Origin: Thermoplasmata archaeon
GTDB lineage: Archaea; Thermoplasmatota; Thermoplasmata; Lutacidiplasmatales; UBA184
DNA length: 64,000 nucleotides
Reading direction: 5' to 3'
Assembly: GCA_027315455.1 (NCBI GenBank)
Contig: DAHUXZ010000002.1
Coordinates: 35,536 to 99,535 of the forward strand
Positions 61,060 through 64,000 of this stretch are shown here, piece by piece. How positions within the stretch are numbered: the stretch's first letter is position 1; every line of letters starts with the position of its first letter. Below the pieces are notes generated by a model. It was not told the DNA's origin. It made no database searches and saw only the letters and a program-made list of their open reading frames with translations. Made by a program: the position numbers and the translations under genes.

Positions 61060-62148
61060 TCAGCCGGGGAGGGAGCCGGCCCCGGTGGACGCGCCGCGGG
61101 TCTTGATGTACTGCTGGAGCGCGCCGGCCCCCAGGATGAGGGCGACCCCGGCCATGAGGGTCACCGCGATGACGGGGACCTGCGTCGGCCCGGTGAACGC
61201 CTCGATGTACTGGACCAGGAAGAGGAGGCCGTAGGAGACCGACCCGATGCCGATGATCGAGATGGTCGCGATCCCGTACGACCGCGGCAGCCGCCCCCGG
61301 CTGAAGTAGCGGCGGATGGCACGGCCGGACTCCCAGACCTCCGACCCCACGAGCCACCAGATGAGGCCGGCGAGGCTGAAGTCGAGGACCCGGGCGAGCG
61401 GCTCGTCGCTCGGGTGCCCGATGTAGGCATTGTACCCCTGGAGGAAGCCGATGGCGACCACGATGATCGCGATGATCCCGAAGCCGAAGGCCACGGACCC
61501 CTGGCGGATGTCCGTCGACGCCGAGCGGATCGAGTCGATGATCGCCTCGTCGATGTCGAACGTCCAGAAGATGAGGTAGATCCCGAGCAGGATCAGAAGG
61601 CCGATGACGCCCCACCAGATGACCCCGGCGGCGGCCGCGACGCCGAGGATGATCGAGACGAACGCGAACGGGAGGACCGTCTTCGCGCGAAGCTTGGGGT
61701 CCTTGAGCGCCCGGATCAGGGTGTAGTAGGTCGACTCCAGGCTCGCGCTCTGCCGGATGAAGACGCGGTGGACCCCGTCGACCCGCACGCGCGAGGCCAG
61801 GATCGGGAAGAGGTACTCGTCCTCGGCGCCGTCGGAGACGAGGTGCGCCGACTGCGCCGGGATCTGGACGAGGACGCGGTCGAACTGCTCGGCGACGCGG
61901 CGGTCGGAAAGCAGCCCGACCTTCGGCGAGCCGGTGAGCACCACCACCTCGGCCTCATCGCCGACCTTGCGGATCTCGTCGAGCAGGCGCACGGCCGCGA
62001 GCATCGCGTTGGTGTCCGCGTCCTCGGGGTCCTCGGTCCCGAGGCGGAGGGCCGCGTCGAGGACCGCGGCCCGGCCGACGACCGGTCCCTCGACCCCGGC
62101 CTTGCGGCCGAGGTCGTCGTCCCGGTCGACACACACGACGAGGCGCAT
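61060..62148 (-). CDS. DUF373-family archaeal membrane protein
   Basis: MRLVVCVDRDDDLGRKAGV... N-terminal soluble domain plus C-terminal multi-TM region, as in DUF373. Confidence 0.7.
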   Translation of the reverse strand: MRLVVCVDRDDDLGRKAGVEGPVVGRAAVLDAALRLGTEDPEDADTNAMLAAVRLLDEIRKVGDEAEVVVLTGSPKVGLLSDRRVAEQFDRVLVQIPAQSAHLVSDGAEDEYLFPILASRVRVDGVHRVFIRQSASLESTYYTLIRALKDPKLRAKTVLPFAFVSIILGVAAAAGVIWWGVIGLLILLGIYLIFWTFDIDEAIIDSIRSASTDIRQGSVAFGFGIIAIIVVAIGFLQGYNAYIGHPSDEPLARVLDFSLAGLIWWLVGSEVWESGRAIRRYFSRGRLPRSYGIATISIIGIGSVSYGLLFLVQYIEAFTGPTQVPVIAVTLMAGVALILGAGALQQYIKTRGASTGAGSLPG

Positions 62149-62283
62149 GGCCCGGGTTCATGGGAGCCCGGCACGATAACCTCTTTCGTCGACTAGCACG
62201 CGGGACCGCCCGGTCCGGCCCGGCCGGCCGCGCACGGCCCCCGCGAGGAGTTAATATCCCGGGCGCCCCCAGCCCCGCCGGCG

Positions 62284-63711
62284 ATGGTCGAGCTTCCCGA
62301 CAAGTCCACCCGCCTCATCGACTGGTACCTCGAGGTGCTCGACGCGGCCCAGCTCACCGACAAGCGCTACGGCGTCAAGGGGATGAACGTCTGGACCCCG
62401 TACGGGTTCCAGGCGCGGCGCCAGCTCGACGCGGTGATGATCCGCGCGATCGAGGCGACCGGCTCGGCGCCGGTCGAGTTCCCGGCCCTGATCCCGCAGA
62501 CGGAGTTCCAGAAGGAGAAGGACCACATCAAGGGGTTCGACGCGCAGGTCTACTGGGTGACCCGCGGCGGGGCGACGGAACTCGACATCCCCCTCGTCCT
62601 CCGGCCGACGAGCGAGACGGCGATGTACCCCGTCTTCGCCCTGTGGGTCCGCTCCCACCGCGACCTCCCGCTCAACGTCTACCAGATCGTCAACACGTTC
62701 CGGTACGAGACGAAGACGACGCGGCCGTTCCTCCGGGTGCGCGAGATCCACTTCTTCGAGGAGCACACCTGCCAGGTCGACGAGGCGACCGCCACGGCGC
62801 GCGTCGAGTCGAACCTCGCCGCGTTCGGCGAGATGGCCCGGGCGTTCGTCCTGCCGTTCCTCGCGATCCGCCGGCCGGAGTGGGACAAGTTCCCCGGGGC
62901 GTTCTACTCCGTGGCCCTCGACATCCCCGTCGGGGGAGCGCGGACCCTGCAGATCGGCAGCATCCACCACTACCGCGAGAACTTCTCGGGTCCGTACGGG
63001 ATACGGTACGAGGCGGCGGACGGGAGCCAGAAGCTCGTCCACCAGACGACGTTCGGCCTCTCCGAGCGCCTCCTCGGGGCCGTCGTCGCGGTCCACGGGG
63101 ACCAGAAGGGGGTCGTCTTCCCCCCCGCGCTCGCCCCGTACCAGGTCGTGATCGTCCCGATCCCGGGTAAACCGGGCGCTCCCGACCCGGCGCCGGCGGC
63201 CCTCGCCCTCGCCGACGCCCTGCGCGCCCGCGGGCTCCGGGTCGAGGTCGACCGGTCCGACGAGCGGCCCGGAGCGAAGTACTACCGCCACGAGCTGCGC
63301 GGGGTCCCGCTGCGGCTCGAGATCGGGGCCCGGGAGGCCGCGGCCGGCACGGCGACCGCCGTCGACCGGCTCGGCACGAAGCGTCTGCTCGGACCGAACG
63401 ACCTGCCGGGGGCGGTCGAGGCGGCCCTCGCCGACTTCGGCGCGGCGCTCCGGGCGGCCGCCGAGGCCCGGTTCGCGGCCGCCTTCTCCGAGGCGCGCTC
63501 GCTGACGGAGCTGCGGGGCTCGACGTCCGTCCGTGTCCTCCGCTGGTGCGGGCGGGAGGCGTGCGGGCACGAGGTGGAGACCGCGATCGACGGGGCCCTC
63601 CTCGGCACCGCGGAGGGGCCCCTCCCGTTCAAGGTCGAAGGGGAGGGAGGGTGCATCGCGTGCGGAGCGTCCGAGGGGACCCGATGGGCGCTCGCGGCCC
63701 AGCCGCTCTGA
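62284..63711 (+). CDS. proS: proline--tRNA ligase (archaeal/eukaryote-like type)
   Basis: Class II motifs (FRYE...RPFLRVREI, HQTTFG) and a C-terminal zinc-binding domain (RWCGREACGHE...CIACG). Confidence 0.9.
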   Translation: MVELPDKSTRLIDWYLEVLDAAQLTDKRYGVKGMNVWTPYGFQARRQLDAVMIRAIEATGSAPVEFPALIPQTEFQKEKDHIKGFDAQVYWVTRGGATELDIPLVLRPTSETAMYPVFALWVRSHRDLPLNVYQIVNTFRYETKTTRPFLRVREIHFFEEHTCQVDEATATARVESNLAAFGEMARAFVLPFLAIRRPEWDKFPGAFYSVALDIPVGGARTLQIGSIHHYRENFSGPYGIRYEAADGSQKLVHQTTFGLSERLLGAVVAVHGDQKGVVFPPALAPYQVVIVPIPGKPGAPDPAPAALALADALRARGLRVEVDRSDERPGAKYYRHELRGVPLRLEIGAREAAAGTATAVDRLGTKRLLGPNDLPGAVEAALADFGAALRAAAEARFAAAFSEARSLTELRGSTSVRVLRWCGREACGHEVETAIDGALLGTAEGPLPFKVEGEGGCIACGASEGTRWALAAQPL

Positions 63712-63729
63712 TCGGCGTCCCCTTCGCCG

Positions 63730-63984
63730 CTACGGGTGGGTCGGGGCCGGCACCGGCGGGGTGGGCATCGTCAGCCACATCCCCGCGAGGCCGAACAGCA
63801 CGAGCACGGAGACGATCGCGTAGACGCCGTTGTCGACCCAGACGTCGAAGCTGAGCCCCCACCAGAGGAAGAAGACGACCCCCAGGACGACCAGGCCGGC
63901 GAAGGCGTAGAACTGGATCCGCCGGAACAGCGGCAGCTCGGAGACCGAGCGCGCCGACGCGTGCGTCTCCTCCGGCGTGGCCAT
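63730..63984 (-). CDS. small 2-TM membrane protein (84 aa, hypothetical)
   Basis: Two clear hydrophobic helices (FYAFAGLVVLGVVFFLWWGL and VYAIVSVLVLFGLAGMWL). The composition is unlike shadow ORFs. Confidence 0.5.
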   Translation of the reverse strand: MATPEETHASARSVSELPLFRRIQFYAFAGLVVLGVVFFLWWGLSFDVWVDNGVYAIVSVLVLFGLAGMWLTMPTPPVPAPTHP

Positions 63985-64000
63985 GGGGGACTTCCACCCG

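Overview
High-GC (roughly 70% by eye) archaeal chromosomal segment. The archaeal assignment rests on the conserved rpo7(rpoE')-spt4-DUF359 dephospho-CoA kinase-rps24e-rps27ae operon, archaeal type II GAPDH, archaeal TIM, DUF373, archaeal-type ProRS, and TATA-like boxes about 25-35 nt upstream of many start codons, which suggests mostly leaderless or short-leader mRNAs. The proteome is Arg-rich rather than acidic. Two giant surface proteins are built from 'ExGLPxGTxW' repeat modules. Together these suggest an uncultured Thermoplasmatota-like lineage; this is inference only. I call about 58 protein genes, one tRNA-Arg(CCG) and one IS4/IS1634-like insertion sequence. No CRISPR array, cas genes or rRNA were seen. 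The content falls into six groups. (1) A glycogen/starch cluster at 6992-15009 (two GH15 enzymes, ROK glucokinase, GH57, glycogen synthase), followed by tpiA and purT. (2) A DtxR-type repressor plus a metal-transporter pair. (3) A surface/glycosylation region at 26-41 kb (repeat-module surface proteins, GHMP sugar kinase, GT2, Wzx-like flippase). (4) Housekeeping genes at 50.6-63.7 kb (ribosomal/transcription operon, gap, acyl-CoA dehydrogenase, thiL, ABC-2 exporter, gdhA, a PRTase, proS). (5) A loosely packed, visibly less GC-rich accessory stretch at about 41-50.5 kb, ending at an IS element next to the tRNA. It contains an HTH_10 regulator, a P-loop-less KaiC-like protein, PH/GRAM-like proteins, a nucleotidyltransferase with no canonical start, a frameshifted small ORF and a gene remnant. 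(6) Unusual domain architectures: multipass membrane + ~370-aa coiled coil + KaiC-like ATPase, ATP-grasp + dual-specificity phosphatase, ComA + winged helix, and Rpo7 with an (AAKAAPA)n tail. Because of the GC content every real gene is shadowed by long spurious ORFs in other frames. I discriminated by recognisable family motifs, amino-acid composition and third-position GC. All family assignments come from memory of motifs, not from searches.
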